Positions 12,323 through 22,813 of a DNA stretch of 64,000 bases are shown here, piece after piece. Position 1 is the stretch's first letter. Every line of letters starts with the position of its first letter. The DNA comes from Microcystaceae cyanobacterium. Its GTDB lineage: Bacteria > Cyanobacteriota > Cyanobacteriia > Cyanobacteriales > Microcystaceae. The notes beneath the pieces are model-generated. The model was not told where the DNA came from, ran no database searches, and saw only the letters and a program-made list of their open reading frames with translations. The stretch is from positions 11,339 to 75,338 of the forward strand of contig JBGTGT010000120.1 in NCBI GenBank assembly GCA_041746575.1. Reading direction: 5' to 3'. The translations under genes were made by a program, and so were the position numbers.

Positions 12323-13093
12323 CTAACGCGTTTCGTATTCCCTCTCTTCGTAGGTCGTTGTGGTAACGACTTTGGGAGCTTCAAAGAACGAGGAATAGAG
12401 ATAACCCGCTAAAACCGCTCCGATAATCGGTGCAATCCAAAACAGCCATAGTTGACCAATCAATGCTCCATTTCCGCAGAAGAGAGCAACGCCAGTGCTA
12501 CGAGCCGGGTTAACAGAGGTGTTGGTAACAGGAATACTAATTAAGTGGATTAGGGTTAAAGCCATGCCAATAGCGGCAGGAGCAAAGCCAGCAGGAGCGC
12601 GTCCATCCGTCACACCAAGGATAATTATTAAAAACATGAAAGTCATGATGATTTCAGTTAATAGACAGGCAAATAAGCCATATCCTTGGGGTGAGTGAGC
12701 GCCATACCCATTCGTTGCGAGGGGATTAGAACCGCTTAAATCTATGCCATCAGCACCACCACTGGCAATTAAGAGGATGACACCACCCGCCAAAATTGCG
12801 CCTAAGACTTGAGCGATGATGTAAGGCAGTAAATCTGAACTGGGGAAGCGTTTTCCAGCGTATAGACCAAAAGAAACGGCAGGATTGAAGTGTCCGCCTG
12901 AAATATGACCTAAAGCATAGGCTCCCGTAAAGACGGTTAAACCGAAGGCAAGGGCAACCCCTAAATAGCCTAAACCAAAAGCGTTGTTGTTTTCGCCACC
13001 GGGGACGGAAACGAAGGCGGCGATAACGGCACTCCCACAGCCCCCTAAAACGAGCCAGAAAGTGCCGATAAATTCTGCAAGATACTTTTTCAT
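12323..13093 (-). CDS. aqpZ: Aquaporin Z
   Basis: Two NPA motifs ([19 protein letters not shown]); [17 protein letters not shown]. Confidence 0.96.
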   Translation of the reverse strand: MKKYLAEFIGTFWLVLGGCGSAVIAAFVSVPGGENNNAFGLGYLGVALAFGLTVFTGAYALGHISGGHFNPAVSFGLYAGKRFPSSDLLPYIIAQVLGAILAGGVILLIASGGADGIDLSGSNPLATNGYGAHSPQGYGLFACLLTEIIMTFMFLIIILGVTDGRAPAGFAPAAIGMALTLIHLISIPVTNTSVNPARSTGVALFCGNGALIGQLWLFWIAPIIGAVLAGYLYSSFFEAPKVVTTTTYEEREYETR

Positions 13094-13241
13094 GGTTGTT
13101 TTCCCAAAGTTTTGTCAACAAAATTGTTGCTAATTGTAGCAGACGTTTGAAAATTTAGGATTGATTCCTCATTTTCTGTCATAAAAATATTACGTTATCT
13201 CAAAAAAAAATTAAGTTTTTCGATTTTAAGGAAATAAAAGT

Positions 13242-14471
13242 TTAAGAAGTCATTACCATTACTTTAATGAGTGTTCCAACCTCTAAAAATGTAACACCGA
13301 TGGGAATAACTGCAAGAGCATTTGTTTGGGCTAAATTAATTAAATTTGCTGAATTTTGGCTCCCTTTCGCCCCAGAAAATTGGCACTTTCCCGCTATAAT
13401 GTGTAAATTTCCCCAAATATAAGTTTCCCGTTGTCCACCGGATGTTAAAGGGTGTTGCAATTCGGCACTTATCCAATGGGGGGTATAATCTGCGGCTAAT
13501 CCAGAACCCTTTTTTAAGGCAGGTTGCACAAATCGCCAAGCAGTGACTAAAGCGGACACGGGATTGCCCGGAATACCAAAATAGAGGCAACCATTGGGAA
13601 ATTTAGCTACCGTTAAGGGTTTACCCGGTTTAATGGCGACACTGCGAATTTGAATATCTGCACCCAATTCGCCCAAGAGGGTTTCAATGTAGTCGTAGTC
13701 ACCCACGGAAACTCCACCCGTTGAGAGAACAAAATCCCCTTGATTAATCGCTTTTTTAATTGTTTCTCGCAAAATGTCAGGCTCATCAGGTAAAATACCT
13801 AATTGAGTGGGGATTGCGCCTTGAGATTCGATAAAGGCACTTAAAGCATACTGATTAGAATCAATAATTTGGCCGGGTTTTAAGGTCGTTTTAGGGGAAA
13901 TTAATTCGTTACCTGTCGAAAAAATCGCCACTTTGGGCTGACGATAAACAGTTACTTGGACACATTGTGCGGTAGCTAATACAGCAATTTCAGGGGAATT
14001 AAGCTTAATTCCTACGGGTAATAAGGAGTTTCCTGCTTGATAATAGGCACCTTTCTGACGGACGAAGTGTTGCGGTGCATCAGGGGCAATCAGAATTTTG
14101 ACCTGTTGTCCTTCCCGTTGCGTATTTTCCTGCATAATCACGGTATCCGCCCCTTCGGGTAACATCGCTCCTGTAAAGATACGAGCGGCTTTTCCAGATT
14201 CAATGACGGTTTGTGGCGCAATCCCTGCTGGAATTTCGCTAACGACTTCTAAAATGACAGGATTTTTAGTATTGGCATTCTTAACATCGTCAAAGCGAAC
14301 CGCATAACCATCCATCGCCGAGTTATCCCAATAAGGAAAGTCTAGCTTACTGGTCACGGATTGCCCTAAAATACGACCTTGAACTGCTTCAAGGGGCAAA
14401 ATTTCCGTCTCTGTTAAGGGTTTGACAAGATCTAAGATGATCGCTTCAGCTTCTTGGACGGAGATCATCAT
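13242..14471 (-). CDS. moeA: Molybdopterin molybdotransferase
   Basis: NSAMDGYA, IFTGAMLPEGAD, STGGVSVGDYD, KPGKP, PGNPVS. Confidence 0.95.
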   Translation of the reverse strand: MMISVQEAEAIILDLVKPLTETEILPLEAVQGRILGQSVTSKLDFPYWDNSAMDGYAVRFDDVKNANTKNPVILEVVSEIPAGIAPQTVIESGKAARIFTGAMLPEGADTVIMQENTQREGQQVKILIAPDAPQHFVRQKGAYYQAGNSLLPVGIKLNSPEIAVLATAQCVQVTVYRQPKVAIFSTGNELISPKTTLKPGQIIDSNQYALSAFIESQGAIPTQLGILPDEPDILRETIKKAINQGDFVLSTGGVSVGDYDYIETLLGELGADIQIRSVAIKPGKPLTVAKFPNGCLYFGIPGNPVSALVTAWRFVQPALKKGSGLAADYTPHWISAELQHPLTSGGQRETYIWGNLHIIAGKCQFSGAKGSQNSANLINLAQTNALAVIPIGVTFLEVGTLIKVMVMTS

Positions 14472-14656
14472 GATAGTTAATCGTTAAGTGATTAACGATA
14501 CATCTTACACGATAGCTCGTTGAGTGAGGTAAAGTCAGCGATCCTACTCGCTTAATAAAAGATTTGTGATCATTCAGGTTTGAAGAGATAATCATTAACT
14601 AAACTAGATAAATATTCACTTATTTAAGCATCCTTTCCCTTGGAGTGCAAAAATCT

Positions 14657-15538
14657 ATGAATCAGTTTAAAACAATCGCTCTTTTGGGCTTATTAAGCGG
14701 TTTATTGGTGGCGATTGGTTATTTTATTGGAGGGACAACGGGAGCCCTTATTGGTCTCATATTCGCCTTAATTAGTAACTTCGGATCTTGGTATTTTTCA
14801 GATCGTATTGCTTTGGCGGCCTATCAAGCACAACCCGTTACCGCCCAACAAGCTCCAGAATTGTACACAATGGTGCAAAAACTTTGTGAAAAAGCAGATT
14901 TGCCCATGCCTGATATTTATATCGTCCCTAATCAAGCAGCCAATGCCTTCGCTACGGGCAGAGATCCGAATCATGCGGCTGTCGCTGTCACGGAAGGAAT
15001 TTTACAACTTCTACCTGCCGACGAATTAGAAGCCGTCATTGCTCACGAATTGAGTCATGTCCGCAACCGTGATACCTTAACTCAAGCGATCGCCGCTACG
15101 ATCGCCGGGGCAATTTCCTATCTGGCGCAAATGCTAAGTTACAGTATGTGGTATATGGGTAGCTCACGAGATCGAGAAGGAGGAGGCATAAATCCGATTG
15201 GACTTTTGGTAACGGTTTTTTTAGCACCCATCGCGGCGTCAGTGATTCAAATGTCTATTTCTCGGACACGGGAATTTGAGGCGGATACAGGCTCTGCTCA
15301 ATTAACAGGTAATCCCAGAGCATTAGTTCGGGCATTACAACGGTTAGAGGCGATGGGAAGACAAATGCCATTGCAAGCAAATCCTGCTTTTGAACCCTTA
15401 TTAATTAGTAGTCCTTTTTCGGGTCAATTTTTGGCGAATTTGTTTTCAACTCATCCTTCAACAGAGGCACGGGTGGAAAATTTGTTACGCCTTGAACAAG
15501 ACTTACAGAAATCCGTAAATACGAACAGTTACTCGTAA
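14657..15538 (+). CDS. htpX: M48 family zinc metalloprotease HtpX
   Basis: NAFATGR, HELSH zinc motif, SRTREFEAD, FSTHP. Confidence 0.93.
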   Translation: MNQFKTIALLGLLSGLLVAIGYFIGGTTGALIGLIFALISNFGSWYFSDRIALAAYQAQPVTAQQAPELYTMVQKLCEKADLPMPDIYIVPNQAANAFATGRDPNHAAVAVTEGILQLLPADELEAVIAHELSHVRNRDTLTQAIAATIAGAISYLAQMLSYSMWYMGSSRDREGGGINPIGLLVTVFLAPIAASVIQMSISRTREFEADTGSAQLTGNPRALVRALQRLEAMGRQMPLQANPAFEPLLISSPFSGQFLANLFSTHPSTEARVENLLRLEQDLQKSVNTNSYS

Positions 15539-15624
15539 TTTAGTCAATCGTTAAAGTGAGGAGATCAGAGAAGTTATTTTCTTTTTTTTGCCTCACTATT
15601 TTATTAAATTTTAGAATTCAAGTC

Positions 15625-16299
15625 ATGTCTTTTCAGTCTTTATTATCGTTACTACAGTTGGTGAGTCCTGTATTACCTGTTGGGGCTTATAGTTATTCTG
15701 AAGGATTAGAAACCTTAGTCGAACAAGGCGTTATTCAGGACGCTAAAACGTTACAAGACTGGTTAATTAATGAGCTTTCTCATGGCAGTATTCGAGTAGA
15801 AACGGCTCTCATGATCAGAGGTTATCGCTCTTTTTTAGAGCAAGATTTAGAGCAGTTAAACGATTGGAATCGATGGTTATCTGCTAATCGAGAAACCAAG
15901 GAGTTACGTCAGCAAAGTTGGCAAATGGGACAATCTTTCTTATATTTATTAAAGGCATTGAATCCTGAGTTAAATTCAACGATCAAACAGATTCATCTCC
16001 CCTGTAATTATGCGATCGCTTTTAGTTTAGGGGTGTATGCTTGGCAAGTTAACTTAACAGAAAGCGTGATGGGTTATTTATGGAGTTGGCAAACTAATTT
16101 AGTGAATGCAGGCGTAAAACTAATTCCGCTCGGACAAACAGCAGGACAACAAATTCTTTTTGATCTTAACCCTCATTTAATTGAGATAGCACCGGCAATT
16201 TTAACCCTCAAAGATGAGGATTTATCGAGTTGCAGTTGGGGTTTAGCGTTGGCAAGTATGGCTCATGAAACTCAGTATTCTAGGCTTTTTCGCAGTTAA
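15625..16299 (+). CDS. ureF: Urease accessory protein UreF
   Basis: [35 protein letters not shown]. Confidence 0.93.
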   Translation: MSFQSLLSLLQLVSPVLPVGAYSYSEGLETLVEQGVIQDAKTLQDWLINELSHGSIRVETALMIRGYRSFLEQDLEQLNDWNRWLSANRETKELRQQSWQMGQSFLYLLKALNPELNSTIKQIHLPCNYAIAFSLGVYAWQVNLTESVMGYLWSWQTNLVNAGVKLIPLGQTAGQQILFDLNPHLIEIAPAILTLKDEDLSSCSWGLALASMAHETQYSRLFRS

Positions 16300-16465
16300 A
16301 TAAAAGACAAAATATCATCATTGTTCCTCGCAAGAGTAGCAACCCATCTAAACTGACAGCAAATTGCGAGCTATATCATACACCTTTGAGGGTCTGACGT
16401 TTTATTATCTTTTTTGATGCTCGATTTCCGCCGTACAAAAATTTGAATCAGAATCGGTCAAATCC

Positions 16466-17344
16466 CTAATCTTGTAATGCTACTGTATAATCTTTCAACA
16501 TTTTCTGTAGGGAATTTCGCCAATAAGGAGGACATTGCTCGATAGCCTCTGTGATTTTTCGACCTGATAAAACCGAATAAGCAGGACGTTTAGCAGGGGT
16601 AGGGTATTCGGCGGTTGTGATGGGTAATATTTGTTCAATTTTTAGGGGCATTCCTAACGCTTTGGCTTCGGCAAAAATAGCGATCGCAAAATCATACCAA
16701 CTGGCAACACCACTATTAGTAAAATGATAGATACCTGTTGCTTCTACCTTAATTAATTCAGCGATAGTTTCGGCAATATCCCGCGACCAAGTAGGAGAGC
16801 CTACTTGATCTATAACCACTTTTAGTTGTTCTTTTTCTCGCCCTAATCTTAACATGGTTTTGACAAAATTTCCTTGACCCGCTACGCCATAAACCCACGC
16901 TGTTCTAAGGATACAAAACTTTCCCCCTACAGATTGAATACCTAATTCTCCTTCTAATTTTGATTTTCCGTAGATACTTAAAGGATTGGTTTGATCTTTT
17001 TCTAAATAAGGCGTATTTTTTGTTCCATCAAAGACATAATCGGTAGAAATATGTAGCAAGGAGGCGTTAATTTTTTGGGATGTTTCTGCTACGATAGTAG
17101 GCGCGATCGCATTAATTTGATAAGCTAATTCGGGTTCAGCTTCTGCTTTGTCAACAGCCGTATAAGCCGCACTATTAACAATGATATCGGGTTGAATCTT
17201 TTGAATCGTTTGGCGAATGGCATCCTGATGGGTTAAGTCAAGAGTAGAGCGCGTTAAGGTTTGAACATTTCCTACTGAATTTAACACTGTTTGTAATTCT
17301 GTTCCGACTTGTCCATTTGCACCGATTAAAAGAATTTGCTTCAT
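16466..17344 (-). CDS. rfbD: dTDP-4-dehydrorhamnose reductase
   Basis: GANGQVG, AAYTAVDKAE, STDYVFDG, YGKSK. Confidence 0.95.
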   Translation of the reverse strand: MKQILLIGANGQVGTELQTVLNSVGNVQTLTRSTLDLTHQDAIRQTIQKIQPDIIVNSAAYTAVDKAEAEPELAYQINAIAPTIVAETSQKINASLLHISTDYVFDGTKNTPYLEKDQTNPLSIYGKSKLEGELGIQSVGGKFCILRTAWVYGVAGQGNFVKTMLRLGREKEQLKVVIDQVGSPTWSRDIAETIAELIKVEATGIYHFTNSGVASWYDFAIAIFAEAKALGMPLKIEQILPITTAEYPTPAKRPAYSVLSGRKITEAIEQCPPYWRNSLQKMLKDYTVALQD

Positions 17345-17479
17345 TTTTCCTTGATCTCTCTAACTAATTATGTTTGCTAGAACTCACTCAATAAATCTTT
17401 TTGTTAGACACAGTAAATTTAAAAAAGATTTAATTAAACACGATAATATCAATTTTTTATTCTAGGTTTATCTGTTAAT

Positions 17480-18025
17480 TTATTCATAAAGATCAGCCTC
17501 TTGAAAAGATTTACCTTTTTGATCTTTTTCGGATAAAATAGGATCTTCTGTCGTTGGCCAATTAATGGCAATTTTAGGATCATTCCAAATGAGGGTTCTA
17601 TCAAACTGAGGCGCATAATAATCCGTTGTTTTATATAAAAACTCAGCCTCATCCGATAAGACCAAAAATCCATGAGCGAATCCTTTAGGAATCCAAAATT
17701 GCCGCTTGTTTTCTGCACTTAGATGACAACCCACCCATTGACCAAGGGTTGTAGAAGATTTCCTAAGATCAACGGCAACGTCAAATACTTCTCCTTTGAT
17801 AACTCTTACTAATTTACCTTGAGGTTGTTGAATTTGATAATGAAGTCCTCTGAGGACATTTTTTTGCGAACGAGAATGATTATCTTGAACGAAATGAAGC
17901 TGAAGTCCCGTTTCTTGAGTAAATACTTTTTCATTGTAACTTTCGTAGAAAAAACCTCGTTCATCTCCAAAGATACGGGGTTCAATCATAAGAACGTCAG
18001 AAATCTCGGTTTGAATAACCTGCAT
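17480..18025 (-). CDS. rfbC: dTDP-4-dehydrorhamnose 3,5-epimerase
   Basis: FGDERGFFYE, QDNHSRS, RGLHYQ, GFAHGF. Confidence 0.96.
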   Translation of the reverse strand: MQVIQTEISDVLMIEPRIFGDERGFFYESYNEKVFTQETGLQLHFVQDNHSRSQKNVLRGLHYQIQQPQGKLVRVIKGEVFDVAVDLRKSSTTLGQWVGCHLSAENKRQFWIPKGFAHGFLVLSDEAEFLYKTTDYYAPQFDRTLIWNDPKIAINWPTTEDPILSEKDQKGKSFQEADLYE

Positions 18026-18193
18026 AAATTTAAAAAAACTCAGTTCACCGTTAGCATAGCAGGATTGGGGAACAGTTGAAAGTCAAAAATTAGAAGCGTC
18101 GTCTAGATTGCACTTTGGTTAATTTATCAGAATTCAATTTTATAATAAGTGAGCAGATAAATTGTAGTAAACTTCAGTAAGGAGAATTTGAGG

Positions 18194-18988
18194 ATGACTG
18201 GACCTGCTATTCTAGCGTTAGATTTTGACGGTGTAATTTGCAATGGATTACGAGAATATTTTCAAACCAGCAAACGAACCTATCAAAAATTATGGTTACC
18301 TAATCAGATAGAAAATCTGGAAATTTATGCGTCCCGTTTTTATCAATTGCGACCAGTCATTGAAACAGGGTGGGAAATGCCGTTATTAATTCATGCGATG
18401 GTTTTAGGGTACGATGATATGCAAATCTTAAATCATTGGGCAAACATTTCTTCTCATTTGATAGAAAAAGAATCATTAAATAAAATGGTTTTAATGGCAA
18501 CCTTGGATGAAGTGCGAGATCATTGGATTCAATCCGATTTAGAGGGATGGTTAAGTTTACACCAATTTTATGACGGTGTGATTGAGAAACTCAAAAAAAT
18601 CATGAATTCTTCGACTTATTTGTATATTGTTACCACGAAAGAAGGGCGATTTGTTAAACAACTTTTGAAAAATCAAGACGTTGAACTTCCTGCGCATACT
18701 ATTTATGGAAAAGAAATTAAACAGCCTAAATATCAAACCCTACAACAAATTTTACAGTTTCACGCTGAAATTCCAGAGCATTTATGGTTTGTCGAAGATT
18801 TACTGAAAACCTTACAATCCGTTCAAAAACAAAACACCCTACAGGGAATTAAATTATATTTAGCAGACTGGGGCTATAATACTCCTAAAACAAGAGCCTT
18901 TTTAGAGGGACAATCGACGATTAAATGTTTATCTTTAGACCAATTTTGTCAAGATTTTCCGCAATGGAATGATAGAATTAACGTATAA
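18194..18988 (+). CDS. HAD family hydrolase
   Basis: LDFDGV motif I, VTTK, FVED, LADWGYN. Confidence 0.85.
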   Translation: MTGPAILALDFDGVICNGLREYFQTSKRTYQKLWLPNQIENLEIYASRFYQLRPVIETGWEMPLLIHAMVLGYDDMQILNHWANISSHLIEKESLNKMVLMATLDEVRDHWIQSDLEGWLSLHQFYDGVIEKLKKIMNSSTYLYIVTTKEGRFVKQLLKNQDVELPAHTIYGKEIKQPKYQTLQQILQFHAEIPEHLWFVEDLLKTLQSVQKQNTLQGIKLYLADWGYNTPKTRAFLEGQSTIKCLSLDQFCQDFPQWNDRINV

Positions 18989-19269
18989 TCTTCGTAAAAA
19001 TCGGCAATAAAAACCTTGAAAATTTTAGATTGTATCAGATGGAGAGGTTAACAGCGTTTACCCAAAATTTAGTGTAGAAAGATATTGATAGCTTAATAAC
19101 TTAATACTCTATTCTAGACTTTAAGGGTTGGATTTGCTAAGATATGATCAGCAAAATAGAGCAATGAACGTTGCTTAACTTAATAAAAATTGATAAATGT
19201 TCATCTTCTTTTTCAGATTTAATTGTTAGAATGAATAGCATAATTCTCAAAAGTGAGTAAGTACGGATA

Positions 19270-19393
19270 GAGCGTGTAGCAAACTGAGTGTTTGTCTTAT
19301 CTCGTTTGTTGATTGTCGTTTCCTCTGCTTAATTAGTAAAGTAACGTTTGTTATGCGCTCCTTTTTGTTAGTAAAACTGATATTTATAAGGAG
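19270..19393 (+). promoter_or_regulatory. Candidate structured 5' leader RNA
   Basis: 15-bp stem 19270-19284/19346-19360 with three G-U pairs, plus a competing anti-SD hairpin 19358-19393. Confidence 0.45.
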
Positions 19394-19402
19394 ATCCGAG
19401 CA

Positions 19403-19555
19403 ATGAAACCAATGATTTGGCATCCCGAACCTCAAGATGAAAAAGTTAATCAATATCTTGATCAAGTGAATCACGAACCTTGGTTAATGATGACTGCAGT
19501 TGGATTATTAATGATCTTTCTGATGACGGTTTTAATTCTAGTGGGTGTTTTTTAA
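19403..19555 (+). CDS. 50-aa single-TM small protein (absent from the ORF track)
   Basis: AAGGAG RBS at 19388-19393; MKPMIWHPEPQDEKVNQYLDQVNHEPWLMMTAVGLLMIFLMTVLILVGVF, with a hydrophobic C-terminal helix. Confidence 0.7.
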   Translation: MKPMIWHPEPQDEKVNQYLDQVNHEPWLMMTAVGLLMIFLMTVLILVGVF

Positions 19556-19747
19556 GCTTGTTCATATTGTGTCATTTAATTCCTTGTGAGAAAGAACAAA
19601 TTTCTGCTGCCTTCGACGTTATGGGGTTAACGCTGTTAGCCCCTACATCTTGATTACCTTCTGTCACAAATGATTAAATTTTTTCCCACATCTCTTGCCT
19701 AATTTGAGCAGAGAAACCAAACTAGACGTAAGCGTTTGGCAAAGTCT

Positions 19748-21325
19748 ATGTCTCTCAATCGACGCAATTTTTTGAAAGGGGGGATGGTCGGTGGAACCCT
19801 GCTAACAACTTTTCTGACTGTTCCGCAACCGACTTGGGCTTTAAGTCCGCAGATTCCTCGGTTTCAACTCCCCTTCAGAATTCCGCCCGAATTGTCTCCC
19901 CTTCGTAGTGATGACACCACCGATTACTACGAAATTAGGGTTCAAAAAGTGATGGTCAGTATTTTACCCGGTCTGATGACCGAAATGTGGAGTTATAACG
20001 GGCTGTATCCGGGACCTACCATTCGGCAATTAGGGGGTAAGCGCAGTGAGGGGGGTCGTCAATCTGTCGTACGATTTATTAATCAGCTTGGGCTAGATTC
20101 AGAAGGCAAACCGATTAATACCGTAACTCATCTGCATGGGATGGCTTCTTTACCCCAATATGATGGTTTTGCAGAAGATTTAATTGCGCCGGCTCATTTC
20201 AAAGACTATATCTATCCTAACGATCGAGCGGCCACCATTTGGTATCATGACCATACCATTGACCAAACGGCTCGCAATGTTTATCGGGGTCTGGCAGGAA
20301 TGTATATTGTCGAAGATCAAGTCGAAAAGGACTTGCCTTTACCGAAAGGCGCGTACGACATCCCCCTCATTCTCCAAGATGCTTTTTTTGCTAGTGATGG
20401 ACGTCTGGTATTTAATGACCGCGATCGCAAAAACCTCTACGGCGACGTTATCCTCGTCAATGGCGTTCCTTGGCCTCGCATGGCTGTCGCCAATCGCAAG
20501 TACCGTTTTCGTTTGCTGAACGCGTCTGCCTCACGAAGTTATAATTTAGCCCTCAGTCAAGATGAACAACGGTTAACGAAGGGTGAAACCCTAATTGTCA
20601 TCGGTTCCGACGGAGGATTATTAGAAACACCAGTTGAATTAACAACCCCCTTCGAAGTTCTCAAAATTGGCATGGCTGAACGCTACGAAGTCGTGATTGA
20701 TTTTTCTCGTTATCCCGTCGGCCATTCCGTTTATCTCAAGAATCTAGGCTTTACGGGCAGTATTGATGCCGATACTCGAACTCATACCTTAATGCGATTT
20801 GATGTTGTGCGAGAAGAACCCGACGAGAGCGAAATCCCTGATACGATCCGTCCTGTTCCCCGTTTATCTCCTGCCGATGCTGTGCGTACTCGTAAATTCC
20901 GATTTGCCCGCAATTTCGATGGCTGGGTGATCAACAATCATCAATGGAATCCTAATTTTGTGATAGCTGATCCTCAGCAGGGAGATGTAGAAATCTGGGA
21001 ACTGATTAATCCCGGCAGTGGTTGGTTTCATCCCGTCCACATTCATCTCATTGATATGCAGATGTTAAATCGCAATGGGTTGCCCCCTCGTCCCTACGAA
21101 CGCGGCTGGAAAGACGTTTTTCATGTGGGTGAATTTGAGACTTTGCGTATCATCGGCCAGTTTGGTACTCGTGACGGAAATTACATCAATGGTAAATTTA
21201 TGATGCACTGCCATAACCTAGTCCACGAAGATCACTCTATGATGACGATCTTTGAAATTGGTCACGGTGGCACCGACCCCTTATCTGCTCCCGCCTTACC
21301 GATTTCCGAAATGCAACTGCTCTAA
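19748..21325 (+). CDS. Tat-exported multicopper oxidase (CotA/bilirubin oxidase-like)
   Basis: NRRNFLK Tat signal; copper motifs HLHG, WYHDH, HPVHIH, HCHNLVHEDHSM. Confidence 0.92.
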   Translation: MSLNRRNFLKGGMVGGTLLTTFLTVPQPTWALSPQIPRFQLPFRIPPELSPLRSDDTTDYYEIRVQKVMVSILPGLMTEMWSYNGLYPGPTIRQLGGKRSEGGRQSVVRFINQLGLDSEGKPINTVTHLHGMASLPQYDGFAEDLIAPAHFKDYIYPNDRAATIWYHDHTIDQTARNVYRGLAGMYIVEDQVEKDLPLPKGAYDIPLILQDAFFASDGRLVFNDRDRKNLYGDVILVNGVPWPRMAVANRKYRFRLLNASASRSYNLALSQDEQRLTKGETLIVIGSDGGLLETPVELTTPFEVLKIGMAERYEVVIDFSRYPVGHSVYLKNLGFTGSIDADTRTHTLMRFDVVREEPDESEIPDTIRPVPRLSPADAVRTRKFRFARNFDGWVINNHQWNPNFVIADPQQGDVEIWELINPGSGWFHPVHIHLIDMQMLNRNGLPPRPYERGWKDVFHVGEFETLRIIGQFGTRDGNYINGKFMMHCHNLVHEDHSMMTIFEIGHGGTDPLSAPALPISEMQLL

Positions 21326-21735
21326 CGTCCGGCACCATACACTTCTTGATCATAGGCTTCAATGGCTTCCATGTCATAAGGATCGGGCGATCGCTCATAA
21401 GTTCTCTTTGTCAGAAAACGCTTTAAGGGAGATGAGGATTTTTCGGCTGATTTTTCGACGGTTGGCTGGGTTATCTCCTCCTTTTGTCTTTTAGGCGAAG
21501 GCAATTCCCCTTCGGATTGAACAGGTAAAGCAGAATCCTCAAAAGGGGACAAGTGAGTTTGCGCTCTGGTGGGAAAAGAAAACAATAACAGCAAGCAAAA
21601 GACAGTTAAAGTAATTTTTATTAGTTTTCTCAAAAAGCCTTGAACCCTCTTATTTTGGAGAATTGCTAAAACTTGAATATTCATGAGATTTAAAATCACG
21701 AGGCTAAATAATTTTATTTTACCCATCCTGAACAC
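21322..21735 (-). CDS. Hypothetical protein, probably secreted; start uncertain
   Basis: Signal-like hydrophobic stretch and a C-terminal DPYDMEAIEAYDQEVYG motif. Confidence 0.55.
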   Translation of the reverse strand: MFRMGKIKLFSLVILNLMNIQVLAILQNKRVQGFLRKLIKITLTVFCLLLLFSFPTRAQTHLSPFEDSALPVQSEGELPSPKRQKEEITQPTVEKSAEKSSSPLKRFLTKRTYERSPDPYDMEAIEAYDQEVYGAGR

Positions 21736-21843
21736 CGAAAAAAGACATAATATTTTCTTAAGATTTTTCAGCTTCGCCTCGGTAGATTATCTTTTATCCT
21801 AAAAGCATTATGATAAGTAAGTTGTTGACAGATTGAGCAAAAA

Positions 21844-22800
21844 ATGACGGATTCTCGCCCTCCTTTTAACGAATCTGAGTCCCCCTCTCCGACCCCACCT
21901 CCATCTCGCGATAGATTAGATGGGGAGGAATGGATTGCCATTGGCATAACGTTCATCACGTTGGGGAGTATTTTCCTTTGGATCTTAAATAGTCAAGATA
22001 ATCAGGTTTTTGTGAGAAACCGATGGATTAATCTGTTTCCCTCCGCCACTGTGTCGCCTCAATCACCCCTTAATCAAGCTGATTCCTCTCCTGAGGCGGC
22101 TTTAATTCCTCAAGAAACGCTTTCTGCCGAAAAAGACAATATTCCTGAAGCGATTTCCCCGCTACCTCGCTCTTCACCGGTTGTGGTTGCGCCTGTGCCG
22201 GTTACATCGTCTCAATCCATCCCTGAGCATTGGTCTCAACCTTTTGCTCAACAATTACTTGAAAAAGGCTATTTAGAAGCGGAAATCACAAGAAACTGGC
22301 AACCCAATCGAGAAATCACCAGAGCCGAGCTTGCTTCTCAAATTGCCGAAGTGTTTGATGCTCGTGAAGCGACTCAAGCGGCCAAAAATTTTCCCGACTT
22401 ACCCTCAGAAGAATCGTCTCAACAAAAGATTAATCGCGCTGTTGAATTAGGGTTTATGGAAGGGTATGCAGAAGGGACGTTTCGTCCAGAGCAAAAAATT
22501 ACCCGACTAGAAGTATTAGTCGCTCTTGCAACGGGTTTAAAGCTGACGCCTCCCAACCCAGACAAGGCAACCGAAATCGTTAAAATCTATCAAGATTACC
22601 AAGCCCTCCCCCCTTGGGCTGTCGCTAAAATTGCGGCCGCCACCCAATCCCATTTAGTTGTTGGCTATCCCGACAAAACCCGTTTAAACCCCCTTAAACC
22701 CGTTACCCAAGCAGAAGCGATCGCGCTATTACATCAAGCGTTAGTGGTGTCAGGTCAACTGCCTGAAGTGGATTCTCCTTATATTGTCCATGCCGAATAA
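21844..22800 (+). CDS. S-layer homology (SLH) domain protein
   Basis: N-terminal TM; SLH-like repeats (PNREITRAE, GYAEGTFRPEQKITRLE, GYPDKTRLNPLKPVTQAE). Confidence 0.85.
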   Translation: MTDSRPPFNESESPSPTPPPSRDRLDGEEWIAIGITFITLGSIFLWILNSQDNQVFVRNRWINLFPSATVSPQSPLNQADSSPEAALIPQETLSAEKDNIPEAISPLPRSSPVVVAPVPVTSSQSIPEHWSQPFAQQLLEKGYLEAEITRNWQPNREITRAELASQIAEVFDAREATQAAKNFPDLPSEESSQQKINRAVELGFMEGYAEGTFRPEQKITRLEVLVALATGLKLTPPNPDKATEIVKIYQDYQALPPWAVAKIAAATQSHLVVGYPDKTRLNPLKPVTQAEAIALLHQALVVSGQLPEVDSPYIVHAE

Positions 22801-22813
22801 GGGGATGTCAACG

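Noticed and set aside
19247..19474. 75-aa minus-strand ORF
   Set aside because: No RBS or recognisable features; it overlaps the better supported + strand small ORF and leader
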